This document shows, piece after piece, positions 1 to 8,367 of a DNA stretch of 64,000 nt. The position numbers were made by a program, and so were the translations under genes. Position 1 is the first letter of the stretch. Each line of letters starts with the position of its first letter. The notes beneath the pieces are model-generated. The model worked only from the letters and a program-made list of their open reading frames with translations, was not told the DNA's origin and searched no databases. The DNA comes from Lachnospiraceae bacterium. Lineage in GTDB: Bacteria; Bacillota; Clostridia; Lachnospirales; Lachnospiraceae. The stretch covers positions 101,012 through 165,011 of the forward strand of contig JAFWDI010000017.1 of NCBI GenBank assembly GCA_017513125.1, written 5' to 3'.

Positions 1-698
1 GCACGGTAGGGCAGCAGGTCGCCGAACTGATAGATCTGGCCCGGATACGCTCCGACCGTGAGGATGCCCGAGTGCTCCGGGAATTCGAAGCCGTCCGGGA
101 TCGGGTCGTAGGCCGCGGAGAACGACGAGTGGCTGACGAGGCCCGGCGCGGTCTCGTGATGCGACATCGTCTTCAGCGGGTCGTGCAGTACCACGGGCTC
201 GTTCACGGCGTTCCGGTAGGAGATGCCCACGCCGCTCACCGAGCGTGCGCGGATAAAGTCCACGGCGGCGGTAAAATTCGCGAGGCCGTTCGAGCCTTCC
301 TCGCCCAGCGGCCGTTCGCTGGAGACGAAAATGATCGGAGGGCAGGTCCCCGGCGATTCGTTCTGCGAGTAGAAGCCGAAGCTGCCGAAGCGCAGGGCGC
401 AGGCCGCCGCGGCATACTGCTGGGTGTCCGTGCCGTGGGTGACGATGATGCCGTCGAAATCTTCCTTTACGCTCTCCTCGAGGGCGCGCAGAAGGAGGTT
501 GATCTCGCGGGCGGAGAGGTCCTCGCTGAGGATCGTGTAAGGTATGCGGGTCGTGAACGTGACGTCGTCCGCTGCCGCGCCGGCGGACTCGCGGTACATC
601 CGGATCAGCAGGGAGCGGGACCCGTCGTCGAGAGAGATGATGCCGTCGTCGGTCGAGGAACCGATCGTGCCGCCGGTGAATAAGACCAGGATCTTCAT
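1..698 (-). CDS. L-asparaginase (type I family); C-terminal end lies outside window
   Basis: Minus-strand frame from ATG (cat at 696-698) reads MKILVLFTGGTIGSS...DGIIVTHGTDTQQY. Both asparaginase signature blocks (TGGTIxS, HGTDT) are present. It is missing from the ORF track because no stop lies in the window. Confidence 0.85.
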   Translation of the reverse strand, partial: MKILVLFTGGTIGSSTDDGIISLDDGSRSLLIRMYRESAGAAADDVTFTTRIPYTILSEDLSAREINLLLRALEESVKEDFDGIIVTHGTDTQQYAAAACALRFGSFGFYSQNESPGTCPPIIFVSSERPLGEEGSNGLANFTAAVDFIRARSVSGVGISYRNAVNEPVVLHDPLKTMSHHETAPGLVSHSSFSAAYDPIPDGFEFPEHSGILTVGAYPGQIYQFGDLLPYR

Positions 699-775
699 GA
701 GACTGTCGTCCTTTCTGTTATGTGGGCAGCCGGGCGCGTTCGTATCGGGCCGGCTGTTTCCGCTGGGAATATTGT

Positions 776-809
776 AAAAAAAAGACCCGGAACTGTAAAG
801 TTCCGGGTC
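776..809 (-). terminator. rho-independent terminator after tRNA-Arg
   Basis: Perfect 10-bp stem gacccggaac/gttccgggtc (784-793/800-809) with a 6-nt loop. The A8 run at 776-783 is a U run on the minus strand. Confidence 0.8.
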
Positions 810-814
810 CGCGG

Positions 815-888
815 CGTGCGCGAGAGGATTTGAACCCCCGACACCTTGGTCCGTAGCCAAGTGCTCTATCCAGCTGAGCTACGCGCAC
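815..888 (-). tRNA. tRNA-Arg (anticodon ACG)
   Basis: Reverse complement folds as a cloverleaf: acceptor GTGCGCG/CGCGCAC, D arm GCTC-AGCTGGATA-GAGC, anticodon arm CTTGG-CTACGGA-CCAAG, T arm GGGGG-TTCAAAT-CCTCT. CCA is not encoded. Confidence 0.9.
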
Positions 889-912
889 ATGCTGATCAAT
901 TCAGCATTGCTC

Positions 913-941
913 ATATTACAACGATAAAAAGGCAATGTCAA
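913..941 (-). promoter_or_regulatory. sigma-70-type promoter for tRNA-Arg
   Basis: Minus strand reads TTGACA, a 17-nt spacer, then TAATAT, about 25 nt upstream of the tRNA 5' end. Confidence 0.55.
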
Positions 942-1130
942 GAAAACTTACAGCATAATCGTGAAAACTGTCCGGCGGCGGCATCCGCGGCGGAAGGGGA
1001 CCCGGTGAGATTTTTTCAGTTATAATTGACTAACTTTGATCCGTTGTTGTATAAAGCGAATGAATATCGGAAAAACGTCGGGCGGACGCCTGACAAAGAG
1101 ATCATTTTTCACACACAGGAGGAAGAAAAA

Positions 1131-1301
1131 ATGGCATTTGTGGTTGGTAGTGGTTGTGTTGGCTGCATGTCTTGCGTGGCTGCTTGCCCCGTCGAGGCGA
1201 TCGAGGATGCCGGCGGAGTGGCGAAGATCGATGAGTCGAAGTGCGTCAACTGCGGTACTTGCGCGGCTCAGTGCCCCGTGAGCGCGATCGAAGAGGGCTG
1301 A
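1131..1301 (+). CDS. 2x[4Fe-4S] ferredoxin (56 aa)
   Basis: MAFVVGSGCVGCMSCVAACP...CVNCGTCAAQCP carries two CxxCxxCxxxCP motifs. AGGAGG lies 8 nt upstream of ATG 1131. The TTG-1026 extension in the ORF track has no RBS. Confidence 0.9.
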   Translation: MAFVVGSGCVGCMSCVAACPVEAIEDAGGVAKIDESKCVNCGTCAAQCPVSAIEEG

Positions 1302-1327
1302 TCACCGACCTTTGATTAGCGTAAAGA

Positions 1328-1361
1328 GCGCCGTACCTCTCAGGAGGTGCGGCGCTTTTTT
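1328..1361 (+). terminator. rho-independent terminator after ferredoxin
   Basis: Stem gcgccgtacc/ggtgcggcgc (one G-U pair) followed by T6. Confidence 0.8.
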
Positions 1362-1464
1362 CGTGCTTTCGGGGCGGCCGCGGCAGCAGCCCCGGCCCGA
1401 AGGGGCAAAAAAGAGACGGCTTGATCGTATATTGTGCCAACGTTTTCTGACTGCAGGTCTTGTC

Positions 1465-1699
1465 TTTCGAAATGACACGGACCGCAGGGAGACTTCGAAG
1501 CGCGACCATGCGCAGCAGACAGCGCAGAAAAAACAACGGGAGGGATCGTGATATCCGCTTCACGATCCCGGCGAGACTGAACGAGGAGACGCATCGGCGT
1601 CTCCCCGTGAATTCGAGCTATGCCCGTTGTTTTTAAACTGTGATGTCTGTGCTGCGCAGGAAGCGCGGAGCGTCTCCCGGCAGCCGTGTCATTTCGAAA
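1465..1699 (+). repeat. structured palindromic element, copy U3 (full length)
   Basis: Perfect 16-bp clamp 1465-1480/1684-1699. Rod 1510-1527/1638-1657. P1 aaaaacaacggg/cccgttgttttt (1529-1540/1623-1634) encloses two hairpins (1542-1569, 1585-1604). Shares the block cgcgaccatg (1501-1510) with copies at 35.0-35.5 kb. Confidence 0.7.
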
Positions 1700-1717
1700 A
1701 AGCCGATCAGTCAGAAA

Positions 1718-3718
1718 TCAAATGCGTCCGATGTCCCTCGCCGCGTTATACGCTTCCCGCGTCGCACTCATAATGTTCCGCGCCTGGATGCAGTCGCCCA
1801 CCATGTAAAATTCCGGAGCGAACCGTCCGAGCGCGACGGCTTCGTCGCTGTGGGAACGCTGGCCGACCGCGTAGATCACGGTGTCGGCCGGGAAGAACTT
1901 CTCTTCGCCGTCGTCCGCGACGACTCCGTCCGCGCGGATCTCCTTCGCACGCGTGGAGAGCGCGACCTTGATCTGCTTCTCCGCGATCTGCATCCGCAGC
2001 GAGTTCATGTGGACCAGGTTTCCGCCGTCGTTCAGTTCGGGAAGCATCTCGATCAGCTGTATATCGCGGCCCAGCCCCTTCAGGAAGAGACCGAGCTCGA
2101 TGCCTACCAGGCCGCCGCCGAGGATCACGACGCGGTTTTCGGTCTCCTCGGGGTGAGTATAGATGTACTCCGCGCCGAAGACGTTCGCCCCGTCGATTCC
2201 GGGGATCGGAGGCTTCACCGGGGTCGCGCCCAGCGCGGCTACGATCGCGTCCGGCTCCAGACTTTCGGCAAGCTCGGGCGTCACGGGCGTGTTCAGGCGG
2301 ATCTCCACACCGGCCTCCGCCACGCGGCGGGCCTGGCGCTTCAGATACTCGTCCAGACGCTTCTTGAAAGGCACCAGCGCCTCGCATTTCAGCACGCCGC
2401 CCAGCTCGCTGCCGGCCTCGCAGAGGATGACCTCATGTCCGCGCCGCGCGGCGGTCAGCGCGGCCTCCATGCCGGCAATGCCTCCGCCCGCCACCAGGAC
2501 CTTTTTCCGGACCGCGGGCTTCCTGTCGGAGAACTCCTCGAGTTCCTGACCGATCTCGGGATTGATCGCGCAGGCACGGCGGCGCGTGCGCGTGCTCGTC
2601 GAGAAGCAGGCGCAGCAGCGCATGCAGCGGTCCACGTCGTCGTCGCGTCCCGCCCGTGCCTTCCGCGGCAGGTCGGGATCCGCCAGACTCTGGCGCCCCA
2701 GATGGATGATATCCGCCTGGCCGGAGGCGATGAGCTCCTCCATGTACGCGGGATCCGTGATCGCGCCTACGGTCGCGACCGGTGCGCTCACGTGTTTCTT
2801 TATTTCCGCGGCGTACTTTACATTACACCCGTCCTCCTGGAACATGCCGGGATGCGTGATGATCGTCGCGTACGGCGACTCATGGTGCCCGGCGGACACG
2901 TGGATGATGTCCGCGCGGCCGTCCAGCATCTTCGCGATCGCGACGCCCTCGTCGATATCGTAGCCGGTGTCGGTGCACTCGGCGCCGCTGATGCGCACCT
3001 CGATCGGGAAACCGGGGCCGACGGCCCTGCGGACGCTGTCGATCACCGCGAGCGGCAGGCGCATGCGGTTTTCCAGGTCATGGCCGCCCCACTTATCCGT
3101 GCGCGTGTTCGTGGCCTCGGAGATGAACTGCGCGAGCCCCCAGCCGTGGCCGGCATGGATCATGACCATGCCGAAGCCGCATTGCTTTACGAATGCCGCG
3201 GCCTTTCCGAACTTCCGGATCAGGTCTTCGATCTCCTCCTCGGTCATGCCGCGGACGTAGCGCATGCCGTCGGCCGACGCGGCGACCTCATGGCCGTCAT
3301 TGTTCGTCGTGTGCACATCCGGAATGGCCATGTCGACCGGGCCCAGCAGCTGATCGCCGCGCTCGTACACCAGGTGCGAGTACATGCCGCAGTGCTGCAG
3401 CTGCACCGAGGCGACGGCCCCGTGCCGCGAGATGGCGGTCGCCATCGACGACAGGGGCGGCAGCGCCGCCGGGTTATCCAGCAGGATCTGGTAGGCGTGC
3501 GCCTGCCCGGTCTTCGAATCGACGATGCACTCGCCCAGCGTCACCGCCGCGAAGCCGCCGAGCGCCTTTCTCTCGTAGAAGGCGACGCCCCGGTCGGAAG
3601 GCACGTTCCCGTAATCCAGATACTGACAGCCGTTCGGAGCCGCGAAGATGCGGTTCTTAAACAGTGTGCGGCCGATGCGGATCGGCTCGAAAAGATGGGG
3701 GAATTTGAGTTCGTTCAT
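1718..3718 (-). CDS. 2-enoate reductase / NADH:flavin oxidoreductase (OYE domain + 4Fe-4S + FAD/NAD(P) domain), paralog 1
   Basis: 666 aa. OYE-type TIM-barrel block HAGHGWGLAQFIS..TNTRTDKWGG, Cys cluster CMRCCACF...C, and Rossmann motif VLVAGGGIAGMEAA. This is the clostridial enoate reductase / 2,4-dienoyl-CoA reductase architecture. Confidence 0.85.
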   Translation of the reverse strand: MNELKFPHLFEPIRIGRTLFKNRIFAAPNGCQYLDYGNVPSDRGVAFYERKALGGFAAVTLGECIVDSKTGQAHAYQILLDNPAALPPLSSMATAISRHGAVASVQLQHCGMYSHLVYERGDQLLGPVDMAIPDVHTTNNDGHEVAASADGMRYVRGMTEEEIEDLIRKFGKAAAFVKQCGFGMVMIHAGHGWGLAQFISEATNTRTDKWGGHDLENRMRLPLAVIDSVRRAVGPGFPIEVRISGAECTDTGYDIDEGVAIAKMLDGRADIIHVSAGHHESPYATIITHPGMFQEDGCNVKYAAEIKKHVSAPVATVGAITDPAYMEELIASGQADIIHLGRQSLADPDLPRKARAGRDDDVDRCMRCCACFSTSTRTRRRACAINPEIGQELEEFSDRKPAVRKKVLVAGGGIAGMEAALTAARRGHEVILCEAGSELGGVLKCEALVPFKKRLDEYLKRQARRVAEAGVEIRLNTPVTPELAESLEPDAIVAALGATPVKPPIPGIDGANVFGAEYIYTHPEETENRVVILGGGLVGIELGLFLKGLGRDIQLIEMLPELNDGGNLVHMNSLRMQIAEKQIKVALSTRAKEIRADGVVADDGEEKFFPADTVIYAVGQRSHSDEAVALGRFAPEFYMVGDCIQARNIMSATREAYNAARDIGRI

Positions 3719-3822
3719 GAATCTGCTCCCTTCTGTCTGCAGGATTGATTGGATGAAAGACCATTTTCATCTTACCGCGCGCCCGGCGTGCGTGCAATGA
3801 TGAGCTGAGACGGTCCGCGTCC

Positions 3823-4605
3823 TCACGACCACTGACTGAGCAGCTCGTTCATCCATTCGTGAACGTCCATGCCGTAGACCTGACTGAGGTGTTCCCTGGT
3901 CAAGACTTCGCCGGCGGGCCCGTCCGCGACGACGCGGCCGTGCTGCAGCAGAAGGACCTGCGTCCCGAAGGCTTTCGCGAGGCTCAGATCGTGCATGACG
4001 GAGATGACCGCACGCCCGGGAGTCTTCAGCCAGTCGGAGACTAGCCCCAGAAGCTGCTTCTGGTAGACCAGATCGAGATGATTCATGGGCTCGTCGAGGA
4101 TCATGATCTTCGGGTCCTGTGAAAAAAGCTGCGCGAGGAACACGCGCTGCAGTTCGCCGCCGGACAGCTGCAGGACGGATTTGTTTTCCAGCTCGGTGAG
4201 GCCGGTGAGGCGGAGCGCTTCGTCGATGGCCGCCTCACATCCGGGGTCGCCGCCGCCGAAGACGCCCTTCGAGTAAGCGTAGCGTCCCAGACGGATCACT
4301 TCCCGGACCGTGAAGGAGTAGCCCACGGCGTTCTTCTGCGCGAGCACGCCGATGTGCCGCGCCAGTTCATGGGGCTTGAAACTGCGGATGTTCCGGCCGA
4401 GGCAGAGCACCTCGCCGGTGCAGGGGGCGCCGCCGGAGACGGCATTGACGATCGTCGATTTTCCCGCGCCGTTCGGACCCACGATCATGAGCCACTGCCC
4501 CTCCTCGAGGTCGAAACTCACGGAATCCAGGACAACATAGTCTCCGTACTGCACATGCAGACCGCGGGCCTCCAGCATGAGCTGCTTTTTATGATCGCCG
4601 CCCAT
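3823..4605 (-). CDS. ABC transporter ATP-binding protein (FecE/BtuD type)
   Basis: Walker A GPNGAGKST, signature LSGGELQR, Walker B IMILDEP. The start overlaps the stop of the permease gene. Confidence 0.9.
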   Translation of the reverse strand: MGGDHKKQLMLEARGLHVQYGDYVVLDSVSFDLEEGQWLMIVGPNGAGKSTIVNAVSGGAPCTGEVLCLGRNIRSFKPHELARHIGVLAQKNAVGYSFTVREVIRLGRYAYSKGVFGGGDPGCEAAIDEALRLTGLTELENKSVLQLSGGELQRVFLAQLFSQDPKIMILDEPMNHLDLVYQKQLLGLVSDWLKTPGRAVISVMHDLSLAKAFGTQVLLLQHGRVVADGPAGEVLTREHLSQVYGMDVHEWMNELLSQWS

Positions 4606-5690
4606 CAGCCTTTCCTCCTGGAACGATAGAAGATAATAACAAAGAGCACCGCGCCCACGAGCGACGTCACGACGCCCAGCGGAAGCTCCAGCGGCCGCAG
4701 CAGCGTACGTGCGACCAGATCTGCGAACATCAGGAACACCGCGCCGCCGAAGACCGCAGCGGGAAGCAGGCGTTTATGGTTCGGGCCGGTGATGAACCGA
4801 ATAATGTGCGGTGCGACCAGGCCGACGAAGGCGATGGTTCCGCCGATTGACACGCATACGCCGATCAGCGCCGCAACGGTGATGAGGATCGAGATACGGA
4901 CGGCTTTGACATTGACCCCGATGTTCCGGGCGTTGTCCTCACCGATCGCGAACGCGTTCAGTTCGCGCGCCCGCGAGATAATGATGATGCTCCCGATGAA
5001 CAGCACGACGGCCAGCACCAGCGCGTTCCCGTAACTGCTCCCGGCGAGGGAGCCCATGGTCCAGAACGTGATGGTTCGAAGTTTGTCGTGGGCGAACGTG
5101 ATGATCAGCGAGAGGATCGCGTTGGCGAACATCGAAAAGATGATGCCGATCAGGATGATGGTGTTCGTCGAGAGGGAATTGTCAAATTTATACGCCAGCG
5201 ACATGATGACCACCAGCGAGAGGAAGGCGAAGAGGATCGCCATGACCATCGTGCCTGCGAAGGGCAGGGCGGGAAACGTCAGTCCCAGCGCGATGGATAA
5301 AACGGCGCCCAGCGAGGCGCCGGAGGAGACGCCGAGGGTCGAACCGTCGGCGAGCGGGTTTTTCAAAAGCCCCTGCATGGCGGCGCCGCACAGAGAGAGC
5401 GACGCGCCGGTAAGCGCCACGCATAGTACGCGGGGCAGGCGTACCACGCGGATGATCGAATAAAAGGAGACAGACTCGGACGCCCTGCCGAACAGGATGC
5501 GCAGTGTCTGCCCAGGGGGCACGGTCACGCTGCCCACGCAGACGCAAAGCAGGATCACGAGCGCGGTGACGGCAGCGTAGATGAGGAACACCCAGGGCGC
5601 GGAGCCTTCGCGGGTGTTCTGTCTCGAAAAGAGGGAGGAGTGTTTCGCTCCTCCCTCTGCGGTTTTCGACGATTGTGTCGAACGGTTCAT
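4605..5690 (-). CDS. FecCD/BtuC-family ABC permease
   Basis: Polytopic membrane protein with a FecCD-like sequence. Start moved to MNRST (ATG 5690), which has GAAGGAAG upstream. Confidence 0.85.
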   Translation of the reverse strand: MNRSTQSSKTAEGGAKHSSLFSRQNTREGSAPWVFLIYAAVTALVILLCVCVGSVTVPPGQTLRILFGRASESVSFYSIIRVVRLPRVLCVALTGASLSLCGAAMQGLLKNPLADGSTLGVSSGASLGAVLSIALGLTFPALPFAGTMVMAILFAFLSLVVIMSLAYKFDNSLSTNTIILIGIIFSMFANAILSLIITFAHDKLRTITFWTMGSLAGSSYGNALVLAVVLFIGSIIIISRARELNAFAIGEDNARNIGVNVKAVRISILITVAALIGVCVSIGGTIAFVGLVAPHIIRFITGPNHKRLLPAAVFGGAVFLMFADLVARTLLRPLELPLGVVTSLVGAVLFVIIFYRSRRKG

Positions 5691-5748
5691 AACGCTTCCT
5701 TCGGGCAATGCCCCGGCGGATTTGCTCCGGCTGCCGCCGGAACGGTGT

Positions 5749-6738
5749 TTACTGTGCCGCCTCCGTGCCGCCCTCGGCGGCGTCCGCGACCTCCGCGGTG
5801 ACTGTGCCGGTCACAAAGTCATACAGCATCTGCGCGCCATCGACCAGTCTCGGGACCGGACGGGACAGCTCATCGTTCTGCAGGTTCAGGATCGCCTCGT
5901 TCTGAACGGCGGTCACATTCTCCCAGCCGGTGCGGCTCAGGATCTCCTCGGTCGGAGTCGGGCCCTCGCCGTAGTACATCGTGATCGTCACGATGTAATC
6001 AGGGTTCCGCTCGATGACCTGCTCTTCGGAGATCTCGGCATAGCCGTCGACGTCCGCGAAGACGTTCTCGAGGCCGATCATATCGGCGATCTCGTTATAG
6101 AACGTGCCGCTGCCGGCGGTCCACAGTCCGTACTCGAGCGGGGAGACCTCGAAGTAGACGGTGCCGCCCTCGACGGGGTTCGCGGCCAGATCGGCGAAAC
6201 CGGCCTGCATGTCGGAGACGACCTGTTCCGCTTCGGCGTCCTTGCCCATCAGGGTGCCGATCATGCGCACGGACGTATAGATGCCCTCGATGTCATACGC
6301 CTCGGAGACCACGCAGGTGATGCCGGCTTCCTCGAGCGCCTGGACCTGCTCCTCGGACTGCGCCATGGAGCTCATGATGACGACCTGCGGATCCAGCTCG
6401 ATGATCTGCTCGATGTTCGTTTCGTAACCGGACTGGACGGACGGGAGGTCGAGCACTTCCGCGGGATAGTCACAGTATTCGCCGCGGCCCACCAGGGTGT
6501 CGCCGGCGCCTACCGCGAACAGGATCTCGCAGTCTGCCGCGGACAATGCCACGACGCGCTCGGGAACTGCGTCCAGGGTGACGTCATGGCCGGCCATATC
6601 GGTGAACGAAATGGATGTGTCTTCGGGCGCCTCGGTCTCGGGAGCGGGGCTTCCGCCGCCCGAACCGCCGCAGGCGGCCAGCATGCCGGCGGTCATAACA
6701 GCCGCCAGGACCAGAGCGAGTACTTTCAGTTTCTTCAT
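5749..6738 (-). CDS. ABC substrate-binding lipoprotein (BtuF/FepB cluster A type), probable corrinoid binder
   Basis: Signal peptide plus lipobox MKKLKVLALVLAAVMTAGMLAAC|GG. Periplasmic-binding-protein-like sequence. Sits directly downstream of the cobalamin riboswitch. RBS AAAGGAGGG. Confidence 0.85.
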   Translation of the reverse strand: MKKLKVLALVLAAVMTAGMLAACGGSGGGSPAPETEAPEDTSISFTDMAGHDVTLDAVPERVVALSAADCEILFAVGAGDTLVGRGEYCDYPAEVLDLPSVQSGYETNIEQIIELDPQVVIMSSMAQSEEQVQALEEAGITCVVSEAYDIEGIYTSVRMIGTLMGKDAEAEQVVSDMQAGFADLAANPVEGGTVYFEVSPLEYGLWTAGSGTFYNEIADMIGLENVFADVDGYAEISEEQVIERNPDYIVTITMYYGEGPTPTEEILSRTGWENVTAVQNEAILNLQNDELSRPVPRLVDGAQMLYDFVTGTVTAEVADAAEGGTEAAQ

Positions 6739-6814
6739 GTTTCCCTCCTTTACTGACAGGATCTTTCGGCCGATAAATCGGTCGGGCCGTGAACGATCCG
6801 GGTAAATTCCGGAA

Positions 6815-6995
6815 ACAGAAAAGCCTTCCTTAAATACTGCAAGGAAAGGCCAGCGCGTGCTCGATCACTGCCGCAGCCGTCCATCGCGACCTTTAGCGAC
6901 GATGCCGCGCTTCGGCGATCCGGCTTGCGATCACGCTCACGGTTGCGGGACAGCGCAGGATTTGCACCTGCTTCTCCGATAGGCGGCATATATAT
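6815..6995 (-). promoter_or_regulatory. cobalamin (B12) riboswitch with terminator-type expression platform
   Basis: Minus strand reads ...atgccgcctatcGGAGAAGCAGGTGCAAATCCTGCGCTGTCCCGCAACCGTGAgcg...aagccggatcgcc...gcggcat, which is the conserved cobalamin-aptamer core. It is followed by the hairpin gcctttcctt/aaggaaggc plus a U tract just before the SBP gene. Confidence 0.8.
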
Positions 6996-7045
6996 ACTAT
7001 CACCTGCGCGAATCTGCCGCAACAAAATGCCGGATCCGGGAGTGT

Positions 7046-7083
7046 AAAAAGGGAAAAGCGCCGTGCCTTTCGGGCCGCGGCGC
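7046..7083 (-). terminator. terminator after the sugar-phosphate isomerase gene
   Basis: Minus strand: gcgccg...cggcgc stem followed by ttttcccttttt. Confidence 0.5.
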
Positions 7084-7122
7084 CTCCGATTACAGATATT
7101 ACGGATTTCTCCGCAGGCGATG

Positions 7123-8103
7123 TCATTCCGGCTCTCGCCCGATCGTCTTCAGCTGAACGTCCAGCGCATCCAGATAAGCACGGCCCCATGCCGCCAGCTC
7201 GTGCGTCAGGTATGCCGGCTCTACGCGTTCAATGATCTGCACACAGGCGGGATCCGTCCAGGGCTCATGCCGGTCGATCTGCTGGATGTGACGGTAGTTG
7301 GGACCGAACGAATCGGTGTAAGAGCCATTGGCAATCTTCGCCGGCACCTCACCGATGTGCGTCCGCACATATTCCCCGCTGACACCCTGGTGAAAATGCA
7401 TACCGCGGATCATCTTCGAGGTCTCGCCGTGAGCCTCGATGCAGTCGAGAATCCAGCGCACGCCGTCCGCTTCGCTGCGGATGGCGGGATTTGCGTTCAT
7501 CAAATGGCCGGTGTCGAGCATGATGCCTTTCCGGTTCCAGCCGATCGCATTCAGCAGCCGGTCGGTCTTCGCGGGATCGGTCAGGGTGAGGCCGGGCCAC
7601 CACTGGTTCTCCACCAGGAGATCGAACTTTTCGGGCAGGCCTTCCAGAATAGTATTGATGACCTCGGCGGAAGCGTCCAGAACCTCTTCGTCTGTGTGGC
7701 GCCAGCGGTAGGTCCAGCACTCTTCGACAGATACGTCCGAGACATGGAAGACGACGTAGTCGGCTCCCAGAGACAGAGCGCGCCGCAGATCAGCACGGTA
7801 GGCTTCGATCATATCTTCGGGGCGGGAACCCCAGTACACCATGGAGATCGTTTCATCGTCCCCGAACTTCGCGCGGACGATGTCTTTCCGGCCCCGGTAG
7901 AAGTCGACCCAGTCCGGGAAAAAGGTCAGGTGATAACCGGTCAGCAGATTCCGCGGAAATGCATCCGGGGGTTCGTTTAAACCGGTCCAGATGCCTTCGA
8001 CGCCGTCGATGCCGCGCGCATGCAGCTCGCTTCTCAGACCGTCCCAGCCCCCGAAGGGTTCGGCGAATTCATCCGCGAGGGGAAGGTTCATGCTCTGGAT
8101 CAT
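7123..8103 (-). CDS. sugar phosphate isomerase/epimerase (xylose isomerase-like TIM barrel family)
   Basis: 326 aa with TIM-barrel-like blocks (ADYVVFHVSD, LLVENQ, MLDTGHL). Confidence 0.7.
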   Translation of the reverse strand: MIQSMNLPLADEFAEPFGGWDGLRSELHARGIDGVEGIWTGLNEPPDAFPRNLLTGYHLTFFPDWVDFYRGRKDIVRAKFGDDETISMVYWGSRPEDMIEAYRADLRRALSLGADYVVFHVSDVSVEECWTYRWRHTDEEVLDASAEVINTILEGLPEKFDLLVENQWWPGLTLTDPAKTDRLLNAIGWNRKGIMLDTGHLMNANPAIRSEADGVRWILDCIEAHGETSKMIRGMHFHQGVSGEYVRTHIGEVPAKIANGSYTDSFGPNYRHIQQIDRHEPWTDPACVQIIERVEPAYLTHELAAWGRAYLDALDVQLKTIGREPE

Positions 8104-8230
8104 AAAGGACTCCTTTCTGTGGCTTACAGTTTGATTTTGCGGCGGCCGGGGCGGCGTGTCAAGGCTTGCGGGAGCGTTTCCGAAGCCGCGGGAAAGAAAT
8201 CCGTTCTGTGGTTTTCGGGAAGAACAAAGG

Positions 8231-8259
8231 TGGACATTCGCTGTACTTTTTACTATAAT
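8231..8259 (+). promoter_or_regulatory. sigma-70-type promoter for citrate synthase
   Basis: TGGACA (8231-8236), a 17-nt spacer, then TATAAT (8254-8259). The leader is about 100 nt. Confidence 0.5.
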
Positions 8260-8367
8260 ATAAACTCCTATACCCTAGGCTCCTGCCGGTGCGCGGTCTG
8301 CGCGCAGCCTGCCGGGCAGCCGGTACGGTCCCGCGGGAGCAGATATTGAAAGAAGGAGACAGAGATC

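Noticed and set aside
1026-1130. TTG-initiated 35-aa N-terminal extension of the ferredoxin
   Set aside because: It has no RBS and the extension is not ferredoxin-like. ATG 1131 has a strong AGGAGG.
1640-3748. 702-aa + strand ORF
   Set aside because: It is antisense to a motif-rich enoate reductase gene. The translation is Arg/Ala/Gly/Asp-rich with no motifs and no RBS, as expected for GC3-driven stop-free antisense frames.
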